Part shown: one piece after another, positions 21,071 to 32,582 of the stretch
Layout of the letters: each line of letters opens with the position of its first letter
Numbering within the stretch: position 1 is the first letter of the stretch
From: Octopus bimaculoides
Taxonomy: Eukaryota
Direction of reading: 5' to 3'
Assembly (NCBI RefSeq): GCF_001194135.2
Contig: NC_068991.1
Span: 24,971,898-25,007,758 of the forward strand
DNA: 35,861 bases
Notes under the pieces: generated by a model
Seen by the model: the letters and a program-made list of their open reading frames with translations, nothing else
Told to the model about the DNA's origin: nothing
Database searches by the model: none
Translations under genes and position numbers: made by a program

Positions 21071-22063
21071 TTTAGGCGGTAGAGTTAATACACCTTCTGG
21101 TTTAACACTACCTCTTGGTCTCTTGGGAACTTTCTGGTTTGACTGCATTTTAATCCCTCCCTCCCTACCATTATTATAGGCTCTAAAGTGTCATAGACAT
21201 TGGCTTCTTTCTGGATTAAACAGTAAAGACAAAGCATATTTCAGCTATCAATCAAGCAAATATGGAGAAAGACAAAAAATGGCATCTAATTTGTTGATGG
21301 CTGGCAAAAAGGGGCACCTAATTTGCTGATAGTTGGATATGTGGGATGGTGATGACAAGGAGCAGTGGTTATTGTCCACAACAAACATTGGCTATTTATG
21401 TGTTATTTTCTCTCTCATTAAGCAACTAGTTTTGTATTTTTGTGAGACAGTAACATTGACTAAATATAAATCTATGGATATAGTCAAGAGTGAATCTATA
21501 TGATTAACACTAATTATATGCCAAGAAATCCCTCCTTCCTCTCCCTCCTTCACCGTCATATATTCACTGACTTTTTTTGTAGTATGGAGGGTCAGCTTTG
21601 CTCGTTCAGGGTTAAAAATAATTGTGACCTTGAATTTGTCATGGCAGTTGTTATTGTTGTTGTTATTTTCGTCACTGAATTACTCTGGAAGAAAAAAGGA
21701 AAAAAGCCAATATAGAGTTGTAAGACAGAATAGTTTTGTGTTGAGATTGGGTTTACTTCTACTGCTGTTGCTTGTAAGCCTAGGGGACTAATGGTATGAT
21801 ACACTGCCACTTTTAGTTACATATTATGCAAGAATAATTGAAAGAGTCTCAGCTTGTTTGAAATAGCAATCAAGTATTCCTTGTGTTATTAATCTACCAT
21901 TTAAGGCAAAGGGAATGTTTGTAGTCCAACTTAAATAAAATTTACCTTGGGAGGAAAAGATGGGCTGGTCATACTCGAGCTGTTTTGATCATAGGATATT
22001 GGCCTGATCAGGACAGTGTTGGACAAAATCTAATAGTCAACATCCCCCATGGCCATCTTCAGA

Positions 22064-22280
22064 AGGCACAAGTGTGGCTGTGTGGTAAGAAGCTTGCTTC
22101 ACAACCATGCAGTCTTGTGTTCAGTCAAACTGTGCAGCACCTTGGGCAAGTGTCTTCTACTATATTCCCAGGCTAATCAAAACATTGTGAGTGGAGTTGA
22201 TGGATGGAAACTGGAAGAAGTCCATCATACATACATATGTGCTTACATGTATATGTGCACATGTACACACGCATGCACGC

Positions 22281-22319
<39 letters not shown>

Positions 22320-22329
22320 CACACACACA
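22064..22329 (+). mobile_element. SINE family A, 5' half, ending in (CA)n
   Basis: aggcacaagtgtggctgtgtggtaagaagcttgc...ccttgggcaagtgtcttctactat...ggaaactggaagaag. Confidence 0.85.
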
Positions 22330-22343
22330 NNNNNNNNNNNNNN

Positions 22344-22382
<39 letters not shown>

Positions 22383-22619
22383 AGTTTGATGGATTGTCAG
22401 ATCCTCTGCCAGTTTTAATAATGAACATTTAGCTATTTGATGAACTGAAATTAGATTATATGGCTGAGTATACTATGGATATACACACCCATAGCATAAT
22501 TCTCAAGCTGAGCCAATGGGATATAGCATGTGATAAGCTGAACTTTTGAATTACAAGTAAAAATTCACCCGACAAACTTCTACAGGGTCCTCAACTTTCT
22601 AATTATACTTGGTCAACAT

Positions 22620-23570
22620 GAGGTTATTGTAAAATATGTTTCATCAAAATCTGTGCAGTGGCTGTAATTATGAGACCAGAACTGCATATATTCCATACCC
22701 CCTTTTTTGTGCTACCAGTCATCCTTCTCCTTGGAACTATTTCTTTGCCATCCATCCCATAATTCCAACATCATCCCTTACCACCTTATTTCCGTTGAAT
22801 TACCTTACTGCTGAACACCTTCTTATATCTGCCATCAATGCAGCCCCCATATATCCACCCTTAGCCTCACTATATCCATCCCTGTGTGCCTCTGACCTCT
22901 ATCTTTGTCATTGTGCATCTACTTTCTCCCCAAAACTTCACAACATCTATGGTTTTACTATACTCTTGCTCTTCAGCCCACCTTTTTTTCTTCTTCTTTT
23001 TGCATTACTACCTATCACCTCCTCCTCCCTGATTCACACCTATTTTCCTTACTTTTCCTGAAACTGAAATTTGTCATTGTCCAAGTCTCCATCCATGTTC
23101 ACCATTTACTGCATTCACTTATACCCACACGTCTACCCTCTGTTACTCTTCTCTCACACTCTTGTGAACCATCCTTGATTCTTTTTATCCACCATTTTGT
23201 ACCTTGAGAGGATATTCTGAAAACTTATCATAACCATCCTTTCTTCTTTCCTGTTGGGATAGCCATGTATCTCCTCTTTAGCAAGACACCTGTCCCTGTT
23301 CATTTATCACCTCAACATCTTCTGCAATTTTGTGCCCCCTCTCAATATAGGATCCTTGTCTTGCAAGTTACTTTGTAACCTTACTAGTGCTGGTGCTATG
23401 AAAAATGTACCCTGTATGCTCTGTAAAGTGGTTGGTGTCAGGAAGGGTATCCATCCATAGAAACCATGCTGAAGCAGACACAGGAACCAATGTAGCCCTC
23501 AAGCTTGTTGGATCCTATTGAACCATCCACCTGGTACTAACATTGAATATTGATGTTAAATGATGATGTT
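22620..23570 (+). mobile_element. Unclassified pyrimidine-rich repeat ending in a degenerate RTE-type UTR
   Basis: 23245-23400 aligns with the reverse complement of 29090-29270. 23385-23570 has aaagtggttggtgtcaggaagggtatcc...tagaaaccatgc and a (gat)n-like end. Confidence 0.5.
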
Positions 23571-24159
23571 GCATTGAACCTGGGATCTCATGGTTGTTTA
23601 GTAAACTTCTTAACCATCCAGCTATGTTTGTGTCCAAGCTTGATGAATAAATGTGTTGTGAATCTCTCATGATAAAGGGAGAACTATACTCATCGTCGTT
23701 TAATTAATTGACTTTATTATTCCTAACCAATAAAGATTGAATAAAATGCACAACTTCTTGCATGTCTTTGCAGATGCATAATGTTACACAGACATATGCA
23801 TACATTCATACATGCACGCAGACATATATGCTGACATGTACACAGGTACAACAGCATACTTTATCAAAGTATGTAAACAGTTTATTATGAAATAATTAAA
23901 ACTGAATACAAAAGTTTATAATGACACACATTGTCTTTGTATAATGAGTTGATATAAATGGTAGTTGGTTGGTTGATTTCTGCAGTTATGCTTTACATTG
24001 TACAGAGAGAAGTGGGAGTAAGAGATACTCAGAGAATTAGCATAAGAAGTATAGGATGTGTTGAGAGAAAGAGTCAAATAATAGGAAGCGGATGCCGGAG
24101 GTAGTAAATGCCGGAGTAGTTATGGGAGAAGCTAGAATAGACTATGGAATCCGGTGTGG

Positions 24160-24242
24160 CCCTTGGCCTTGCCAGTTCCTGTCAAGCCATCCAGCAACAT
24201 GCCTGCTTGGAAAACGAACATTAAATGTTGATAATGGTGATG
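24160..24242 (+). mobile_element. Short RTE-type 3' tail
   Basis: gtcaagccatccagcaacatgcctgcttggaaaacgaacattaaatgttgataatggtgatg. Confidence 0.6.
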
Positions 24243-24255
24243 TATGTATGCTATA

Positions 24256-24637
24256 GTGGAGGCGCAATGACCCAGTGGTTAGGGCAGCGGACTCGCGGTC
24301 GTAGGACCGCGGTTTCGATTCCCAGACCGGGTGTTGTGAATGTTTATTGAGTGAAAACACCTAAAAGCTCCACGAGGCTCCGGCAGGGGATGGTGGTGAA
24401 CCATGCTGTACTCTTTCTCCACAACTTTCTCTCACTCTTACTTCCTGTTTCTGTTATGCCTGTAATTCAAAGGGTCAGCCTTGTCACACTGTGTCACGCT
24501 GAATATCCCTGAGAACTATGTTAAGGGTACACGTGTCTGTGGAGTGCTCAGCCACTTGCACGTTAATCTCACGAGCAGGCTGTTCCGTTGATCAGATCAA
24601 CTGGAACCCTCGACGTTGTTAGCGACGGAGTGCCAAC
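24256..24637 (+). mobile_element. tRNA-derived SINE family C, full-length and young, with 12-bp TSD
   Basis: A-box TGACCCAGTGG, B-box GGTTTCGATTCCC, many intact CpGs. TSD ATGTATGCTATA at 24244-24255 and 24638-24649. Confidence 0.93.
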
Positions 24638-25581
24638 ATGTATGCTATAATTCTTGATACTAATGGTGGCAAAAGTATACTTCCAATGTTATTTGTCATT
24701 TGATGGGTAACACTCTAGTTTTGTAATAATTCATGTAGTTCACACTAGCATTCGTTGCGATCAACTACAGAGCCTGTCACTCCTGCAACAATGATGGTAA
24801 TGACCACCACTGCCACATGTTATAGATATAGGTGTTTACAAAATAGGTAGGCCTTGATGGTGGTGTTTGTTTACATTCCTGATGTGCTTTCTGGTTTTCA
24901 TGGCCAATAATTTGTCATTGAATATAGCTCATCCCCACCTCTCACAACACACACTCTCTCTTCCTCCCTCTCTCTCTCAACAACCTACCAGTTAAATATA
25001 TAAAAAGTTAACACGTAAGATAGAAATGTGGAGTTCCTTATTACTTGGAATATAATCAAGCAAACTTAACCTTATAAAACGATTGGTATGGGTGTTGACT
25101 TTACTGTGCTGAATTTTTGGAAATCCTAAAGTGCTCAGGTAATGTCCTTTATAAATTCAGTGAACTTTGGCCAAAATGTTTGCACTACATTAGAAAAAAA
25201 TTTTTTTTTTAATTTTAAACCTGTTGACTAAAATACTTTAAATATTTAGTAGTTAATCTCTTACCTATAAGTATTTATTTAAACCTATATTTTGTAATTT
25301 AGTTTAGTCGACTCGATTCACTTTGAATGTTAATTAAAACTGGGAGTGACTTATACTTTAACATTATCTTGGATATCTATACTCGTTAAGTCACCTACTT
25401 CTGCCATTTACATTTCTCTTTCTGTCAGTGAACATGTAACACTATTTCATTTATTCTCTCAGTTTTAGCAACTTTTGTGTTCAAACTACTAGTGAAATAT
25501 TTGATAGTCCAGTGTTTTACTTTCCATTCCCTGTCGTCCTGTACTGTTTTTTTTTTACATACAACACACACACACACACAA

Positions 25582-25741
25582 TAGGTTTTTTTCAGTTTCC
25601 ATTTACCAAATCCACTCACAAGGCTTTGGTCAGCCTGAAGCTATAGAAGACACTTACCCATGGTGCCACTGCATGGGAATGAACTAGGAACAATGTGACT
25701 AGGAAGTAAGCTTCTTACCACACAACCACACCTATGCCTAT
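25582..25741 (-). mobile_element. SINE family A, 5' half
   Basis: ttcagtttccatttaccaaatccactcacaaggctttggtc...gaagacactt...cttcttaccacacaaccac..ctatgccta, with (CA)n on the left. Confidence 0.85.
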
Positions 25742-26755
25742 AAAATTTTACTACTGTGTATCGGCCCGGAATGTGTGATATGTATGTGTGTTTATACACA
25801 TGTATAGGTACGTGTGTGTGTGTGTATTCATACAGTTTATATGCTTTTATGTACTATGATGTGTGCGTCTGTCTATATATGTGTGTGTGTGTGTGTATCG
25901 ATTGTATCTACATATTGATTGGAAGGGATGAAGGTTAATGACTGTTTAAATTTGGTGGTCAGTGAAATCCTTGATATCTCCTGTTTAACAGAGAATAAGT
26001 TTGCTAAGATTTTGATGACTTTTTAATTACAACTCATGGCACTGCTACGTCTATTGATTTCTTAGATTATTCGGTCTCATTGTTAAACTATAAACTAATT
26101 TAGATGAGTGAATTTAGGTTGTATATTTATATGATCTCTTTGTTTCTTATTTGCCTGTTTTAAGCCACATCTTCTAATTCTCCTCGATATTCGAATGTAA
26201 AATCTCTGTTTAAAACTTTACCTGATGATGGTGGATTTTATATCATGATGTAATCGTTTTGTTGTGGAAGGATTCCAGCCACCCATCAAATGACTAAAAG
26301 GTGTACTGACTCATTATAAAGTAAAGAACTATGAACAATTGACAGTTGGTGTTGGTAGCAGTCACTGTGAGCTTTTGATATAGAGTACTGAGTCTCATGT
26401 AATAGAAATAGTAGTGCATTGTGTACATTCTTTCTTCCCCACTGCTTCATTATATTATATATCCAATACAAGGATATAAAATCTTTACAAATGCATTATA
26501 TAAAAGTCTACCGAAACAGCTGTTGTAAATTTTAAACACCATTTTGTACTTAGACTGCATCAAAGATCTATCCCTGAGCTGGACCTTTGGTTTATATTGG
26601 ATTTGGTACTTATATATATTTACAGTATTCTACCAACACTTGGTGTGTTTAATGTTGTTTATTTTACTGTTAGCTCTGTGTTATTGTACCTAGCCATGTT
26701 TGGTGCCCTATAAAGTTCATGAGCCTTGATTCTTAAGAATCCTCATAACAAAATT

Positions 26756-26799
<44 letters not shown>

Positions 26800-26877
26800 A
26801 TACAAATGATATGTGAGCATATGCATATATGCATACATATATGTACATACCTACATCTACATGTATATATAAATGCA

Positions 26878-27100
26878 TATCCGGGTACAGGACGTCAAAA
26901 AAATGTGGACAAAAATGGAACGGGAACATAGCAAAGCACAAAAAACGAACTTTTTTTTCGGACAACAGAATAAACACATAGGAAAACAGACAAGCCACAT
27001 ATGGAACTTTTCCTTCATCAGCTGCCTCTATTCTAAACTAGGCGTTTCGAAGATGAGGCAGAACGCGCTCTAATCTTGTATATAAACTTTATATAATCTT
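26878..27100 (-). mobile_element. CpG-rich repeat with a hammerhead-like fold (possible Penelope pseudo-LTR or retrozyme-like)
   Basis: Minus strand reads CGCGTT-CTGCCTC-26 nt-GAGGCAG-CTGATGA-A-GGAA-AAG-TTCC-ATATGTG. Confidence 0.45.
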
Positions 27101-27134
27101 GTATATATACACAGAAGACCCATCAAGCCAAGTG

Positions 27135-27340
27135 AAATTGTAGTTGTGGCAGATACTGGTGTCACACAACTAGCACCCATGCTGGTGGCACGTAAAAGCA
27201 CCCATTACACTCTTGGAGTGGTTGGTGTTAAGAAGGGCATCCAGCTGTAGAAACCATGCCAAATCAGACTGGAGTCCGGTGCAGCCCCTGGTCAAACCGT
27301 CCAACCCATGCCAGCATGGACAACGAATGTTAAAATGGTG
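27135..27340 (+). mobile_element. RTE-type 3' UTR copy
   Basis: ggtggcacgtaaaagcaccc...gtggttggtgttaagaagggcatccagctgtagaaaccatgcc...ccaacccatgccagcatggacaacgaatgttaaaatggtgat. Confidence 0.8.
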
Positions 27341-27673
27341 ATATATAATATATATGTATTCATGTATGTATACATTTGTGTATATATTGCATGTGTGTAT
27401 GCATATATATATAAAATTAATGTGGGCAACTGTGTGCAATGTAAACCATATAGTCAAATTTAATATTTCTATTTATAAACGTTTACAAGGAAAGGTTGAC
27501 TGTGACTTTGAAGTTTCAGCTTGCTCACCTTCATCAGACTGTCAAATTGTTTTTATATATGATATGACAAAAAAGAAACATGAATATATATATATATATA
27601 TTACACATACATATACACACGTGTACAGTCAGATGTATGACTACTACTATATGAGTTAGATCTCCTTATAAAT

Positions 27674-27830
27674 CAGTGTTTCTCAATCATTTCTTTTTAC
27701 CTATCAAGCCCTTTGATTCCAATTTTACTTGGTTGGACCCTCAACCATTTGATAAAAACTCTTATTATATTTTTATAATCAAATATTATTAGGAACTGTA
27801 TAAAAAATTGTTAGAATGTTTTGTGTATTG
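27674..27830 (+). mobile_element. hAT (Charlie-type) MITE, left end only
   Basis: Starts CAGTGTTTCTCAA, similar to the TIR at 29438. No right TIR was found. Confidence 0.45.
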
Positions 27831-27867
27831 GAGATAGTGTTACAAGATATGATATTACAGAGCATAT

Positions 27868-28121
27868 CACATGTGATCACATGGCTAACTGGGCTATCAG
27901 ATGTTGTTACGCATCATTGGTCACATTGTTTTGTATTGTTTTAGCCTTCAAATGACGTCACCCTGCTGGCTAGGCAGGCAGGCTAACATTCCCCCAGATT
28001 GAAAGAGTTGGAGCAATGTGAAATGAAGTGTTTTACTCAAGAACCCAACATACTGCCCAGTCAGGGAATCAAACCCACCATCTAGTGGTTGTGAGTGCAA
28101 CAGCCTAACCACGAGGCCACG
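27868..28121 (-). mobile_element. tRNA-headed SINE family D with 12-bp TSD
   Basis: Minus-strand head GTGGCCTCGTGG...GGTTTGATTCCC, then ttcttgagtaaaacacttcatttcacattgctcc. TSD TACAGAGCATAT at 27856-27867 and 28122-28133. Confidence 0.85.
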
Positions 28122-28417
28122 TACAGAGCATATGTAGAAGAAAATTAAGATAAACACCAGTATAGATATTTAGTTCCTACATACATGTCACCATTGCAGT
28201 TATCTGGGACTTGACATTGGGTGTTTCAAGTGTTTTTGAATGCTGAACTGTAATAGACCATCAGGGGAACACCTTATTGCATTTTGTTACAGAGATCAAA
28301 TATCCATTGCAGTTTGGTATCCAAATGCATTTGAAATCCAATGCTGAATTCCAAATAACTGCAATAGGGAAACATATGTAGGAACAAAATATTTATACTC
28401 TTGTTTTTTTAATTTTC

Positions 28418-28457
<40 letters not shown>

Positions 28458-28515
28458 AACAAGGAGAAAGAGTGCCCAACACTGCATTGGTGGATAAAGA
28501 TTCTTTATATGTGTA

Positions 28516-28653
28516 TTAGGGCCACCATTGGTTTCATGTGAAGGTGTTCATCTCCATTTTAATCCAAAATGGAGATGAACACCAATGTTTCTATGTAATA
28601 AACTTGAATAATAGTTGAGGCATTGCTTAACATGAAACCAATAATAGCCTTAA
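28516..28653. mobile_element. 138-bp Tc1/mariner-type MITE with TA TSD and an internal perfect hairpin
   Basis: TA|TTAGGGCCACCATTGGTTTCATGT ... ACATGAAACCAATAATAGCCTTAA|TA (22/26 match including the TA). Internal 18-bp perfect inverted repeat at 28543-28560 and 28566-28583. Confidence 0.75.
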
Positions 28654-29084
28654 TATACAAATAAAGAATATATATATATATTTAATAGTTTTAAAAAAAA
28701 TAACTTGCCAGCGTTCCCTTCATCATATACACGGTAATCACATTCAGTTGAAATGGCTTATTGATGTGTTTTGTTTCTTACATTGTTTTACATCGTTTTA
28801 TTCCCTCAGGAATAATACCAATGTTTTCTTTGAAACATATGTTGGAAGTATAAAGATTTGAATAACACCTGTGTTTAACTCCATTTCTTAATTTATCTAT
28901 GTGATACAAAAACATTTCACTAAAACCTGGAACTTCTACCTTTATAAGTAGGCTGTAACACCCTTGGCACTTATGTGAAATTTTGCTACCCTGGTAACAG
29001 TTTATGTATTTTTTCAGTGTGTACAAATATGGGACTTTGTGAATGGCATGCCAACTACTGTACAGAGTATACTGGGTGTTCACT

Positions 29085-29375
29085 TTGTGAAACCAGAACC
29101 AATGAGGTTACCAATTAGATTGCAAGACAAGGCTCTTCACCTGGGTCAGGGATGTAGTATAGAGGGAGGTGGCTTTGTGCCAGATGTTGAGAGTTGAAAG
29201 TATGATAGAGGGACAGCGTTGAGCTTTTTGATCTAGAGAAGCTACATGGCTACCCCAGCAGGAAAGAGAGATTTGAGACTTCAAGTGGGAGTGGAAGCGG
29301 ATGTAGATGAAAAAGGTAGTCCTCTATGTGGTAGTTAGACTTGCTAGAAATAGCAACCAAATTGCCTTTAAATGA
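29085..29375 (-). repeat. Unclassified interspersed repeat (homologous to 23245-23400 and 900-990)
   Basis: Shared blocks tctttcctg.tggg.tagccatgta and ccttgtcttgcaa...gtaacct. Confidence 0.55.
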
Positions 29376-29437
29376 TAATCAACAACAAGACTTCTATGTG
29401 GTGTGTGTGAGTATTCTATATGCATAACCATGTAAAT

Positions 29438-30160
29438 CAGGAGTTCTCAACCAGGATCCATATGGCCCTGAGGGTCCACATAAGATTTTTGGGGGTCCAC
29501 ACAACAAAATAGTAAATCAGGGATCCACAATAGTGTTTTAAGGGCCCCTGAAAAATTTTTGCTATAGATGTATTTATTGCAAGGAATAGCTTGGTTTCTT
29601 TCTCTAACATTTGACATAGTTAAACCTACACAAGTTAATGTGTGAAAAACAAAATAGTAATATTATACTCTTTTACTCTTTTACTTGTTTCAGTCATTTG
29701 ACTGCAGGCATGCTGGAGTACCGCCTTTAGTCGAGCAAATCGACCCCAGGACTTATTCTTTGTAAGCCTAGTACTTAATCTATCGGTCTCTTTTCCAGAA
29801 CTGCTAAGTTACGGGGACGTAAACACACCAGCATCGGTTGTCAAGTGATGTTCAGGGGACAAACACAGAGATACAAACACACACACACACNNNNNNNNNN
29901 GACGGTCTTCTTTCAGTTTCCGTCTACCAAATTCACTCACAAGGTTTTGGTCGGCCCGAGGCTATAGTAGAAGATACTTGCCCAAAGTGCCATGCAGTGG
30001 GACTGAACCCGGAACCATGTGGTTGGTAAGCAAGCTACTTACCACTCAACCACTCCTGTATAAAACTAGTTTTTTAAACATTGAATGGCTATGGGCGGTG
30101 GGGTCTACCAGAATAAAATAGTAATCAAAAGGGTCCATAAAAAATGGTTGAAAATCCCTG
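29438..30160. mobile_element. hAT (Charlie/Buster-type) MITE with 8-bp TSD, interrupted by a SINE
   Basis: TIRs CAGGAGTTCTCAACCA and TGGTTGAAAATCCCTG. TSD ATGTAAAT at 29430-29437 and 30161-30168, with the central TA typical of this subgroup. Confidence 0.9.
29664..30060 (-). mobile_element. SINE family A, full-length, with internal (TG)n and (AAAAGAGT)n tail
   Basis: Head caggagtggttgagtggtaag...ccgggttcagtccc; tail reads tactcttttactctttt on the plus strand; nested in the hAT MITE. Confidence 0.92.
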
Positions 30161-30351
30161 ATGTAAATGATGCATTATTGGACAAGGTGTGTGTTACTAT
30201 AGCTCAGTTTGCAGCAGATTTCAACCATCCTCTTCAGTTTTTGTTGTCATCATTGCCATTATCATCAGAGCCACCGTCCTGACTACCATCAGCAACAACA
30301 ACAACAACAACATTAGCCAATGCAGTGGCTTTTATGTGGTCTCTCAACATG

Positions 30352-30638
30352 CTAGACGTGGCAACCAGATCCCTCTCAAATGGCACATAAAATATACCAT
30401 TTTGAGCGTGGCTGTTGCCAGTACCACCTGACTGGCCTTCATGCCAGTGGCATGTAAAACCACCCACTACACTCTCGGAGTGATTGGCGTTAGGAAGGGC
30501 ATCCAGCTGTAGAAACTCTGCCGAATCAGATTGGAGCCTGGTGTAGCCATCTGGTTTCACCAGTCCTCAGTCAAATCGTCCAACCCATGCTAGCATGGAA
30601 AGCAGACGTTAGACGATGATGATGATGATGATGATGAT
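30352..30638 (+). mobile_element. RTE-type 3' UTR copy with (GAT)n tail
   Basis: Near-identical to 8120-8283 over its 3' part. Confidence 0.88.
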
Positions 30639-30729
30639 GGGACATACTCAAAACTATAGACTATGTTTAAGAGGTGACAGGTGTGGATGGATGCCTTTGA
30701 TCAAAGGTTTGACTTGGTATTGCTAAACA

Positions 30730-31360
30730 TCAATACCACTACCAGTATCCTGACTACCACCACAACCATCTTTACCAAAAGAAAACCACCACCATCGCCA
30801 TAATCGCTACCATGACCAACACCATCAAAACTATATCCATACAACCAGCCACAAATACTGCTAATACAACCACCACTATCACTACCACAACAACGTTTAC
30901 TATCATCAGTGTCACTGCTACAGCCATGATTACATCAGCTATCAACAGCGCAACCACCAGCACCACCACTGCCACTACAATCACCACCACCACAACAAAT
31001 GATTATTACTATATACTGCAGACCTGTTGTCACCACCATCGTCACCATGCCAATTACTACTCCCACTACCACAGTCACCTCTGTCACCACCAGTAACACA
31101 ACCACCATCTCAACAATGAACATCATTACTGCCACCATCACGCCAATTATTACCACCACTAATTACTACCACAAATTGCAGAGCTTACTGCCTCTAACAC
31201 TACACAATAGTAACAGCAAAAACATTTACTATCATCAATACCATTGCTACTTTTAAGCATCCCCTCCATGCCACCACTGTCTCAACAATCATAGTGACCA
31301 CCACCACCACCACCACTGCTACTCCCACCACCACTACTGCATCTCCCTCCTCCTCCTCTC
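30730..31360. repeat. (ACC/ACT/ATC)n trinucleotide low-complexity region
   Basis: Mixed triplet repeats that produce short Thr-, His- and Val-rich ORFs in several frames on both strands. Confidence 0.8.
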
Positions 31361-32512
31361 ACTCTCCCTCTTGAAGAGAGTTGAAGAGGGTGGGAATGTA
31401 CTATGTGTGCAATGCTGCACCGGCTTTGGAAGACTATCACTTGGCATATAGGTACAGAAATGCATGTCTCTGCTGCACACATGTACACGGATGCACACAC
31501 ACACATTTGAACTGGCAAACATGGCTATACACACAGCTGTAAAAATGTTAACACATATCCAAATATCCATACACGCATGTACTTGTTATATAAATAGACA
31601 CACATATGTATGCACATGCACACACATGTATATATGTAGGTATTGTATTTTAATTCATGCCATTACTTCTGATTCACACATCAGCTACTCAGAGTTTCAT
31701 ACGAGGTGTGTCGTCATTCAGGCTATGTTGGAGTGAATTACTCTGATAAAGACTAAACAATCACACAGTGTAAAAAAAAAAAAAAAAAAAAANNNNNNNN
31801 NNNNNNNNNNNNNNNNNNNNNNNNNNNNNNNNNNNNNNNNNNNNNNNNNNNNNNNNNNNNNNNNNNNNNNNNNNNNNNNNNNNNNNNNNNNNNNNNNNNN
31901 NNNNNNNNNNNNNNNNNNNNNNNNNNNNNNNNNNNNNNNNNNNNNNNNNNNNNNNNNNNNNNNNNNNNNNNNNNNNNNNNNNNNNNNNNNNNNNNNNNNN
32001 NNNNNNNNNNNNNNNNNNNNNNNNNNNNNNNNNNNNNNNNNNNNNNNNNNNNNNNNNNNNNNNNNNNNNNNNNNNNNNNNNNNNNNNNNNNNNNNNNNNN
32101 NNNNNNNNNNNNNNNNNNNNNNNNNNNNNNNNNNNNNNNNNNNNNNNNNNNNNNNNNNNNNNNNNNNNNNNNNNNNNNNNNNNNNNNNNNNNNNNNNNNN
32201 NNNNNNNNNNNNNNNNNNNNNNNNNNNNNNNNNNNNNNNNNNNNNNNNNNNNNNNNNNNNNNNNNNNNNNNNNNNNNNNNNNNNNNNNNNNNNNNNNNNN
32301 NNNNNNNNNNNNNNNNNNNNNNNNNNNNNNNNNNNNNNNNNNNNNNNNNNNNNNNNNNNNNNNNNNNNNNAGGGCATTACTATACAAGAATGCCTCACGC
32401 TATGAGGGACTCTAAGGTCAGACTACCATAAAAAAACACATTTTTACCGAAAGCTAGCTACTTGATAAATTCTTGTAAAAGAATTCATCCTATTATTGAA
32501 TTTAAACACAAG

Positions 32513-32582
<70 letters not shown>

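Noticed and set aside
24256-24335. Functional tRNA gene
   Set aside because: The acceptor and anticodon stems do not close, and the sequence continues into a SINE body with a TSD. No true tRNA gene was found in the window.
26221-26260. CTGATGATGGT motif
   Set aside because: No GAAA and no convincing stem II or III follows.
28778-29083. 101-aa minus-strand ORF with a GTAAGA donor, and a plus-strand acceptor at 28809
   Set aside because: No recognisable motif, no matching strong partner splice site, and early stops on the plus strand.
30772-31518. Thr-rich mucin-like ORFs
   Set aside because: Triplet low complexity opens short ORFs in several frames on both strands, with stops between them and no clear splice sites.
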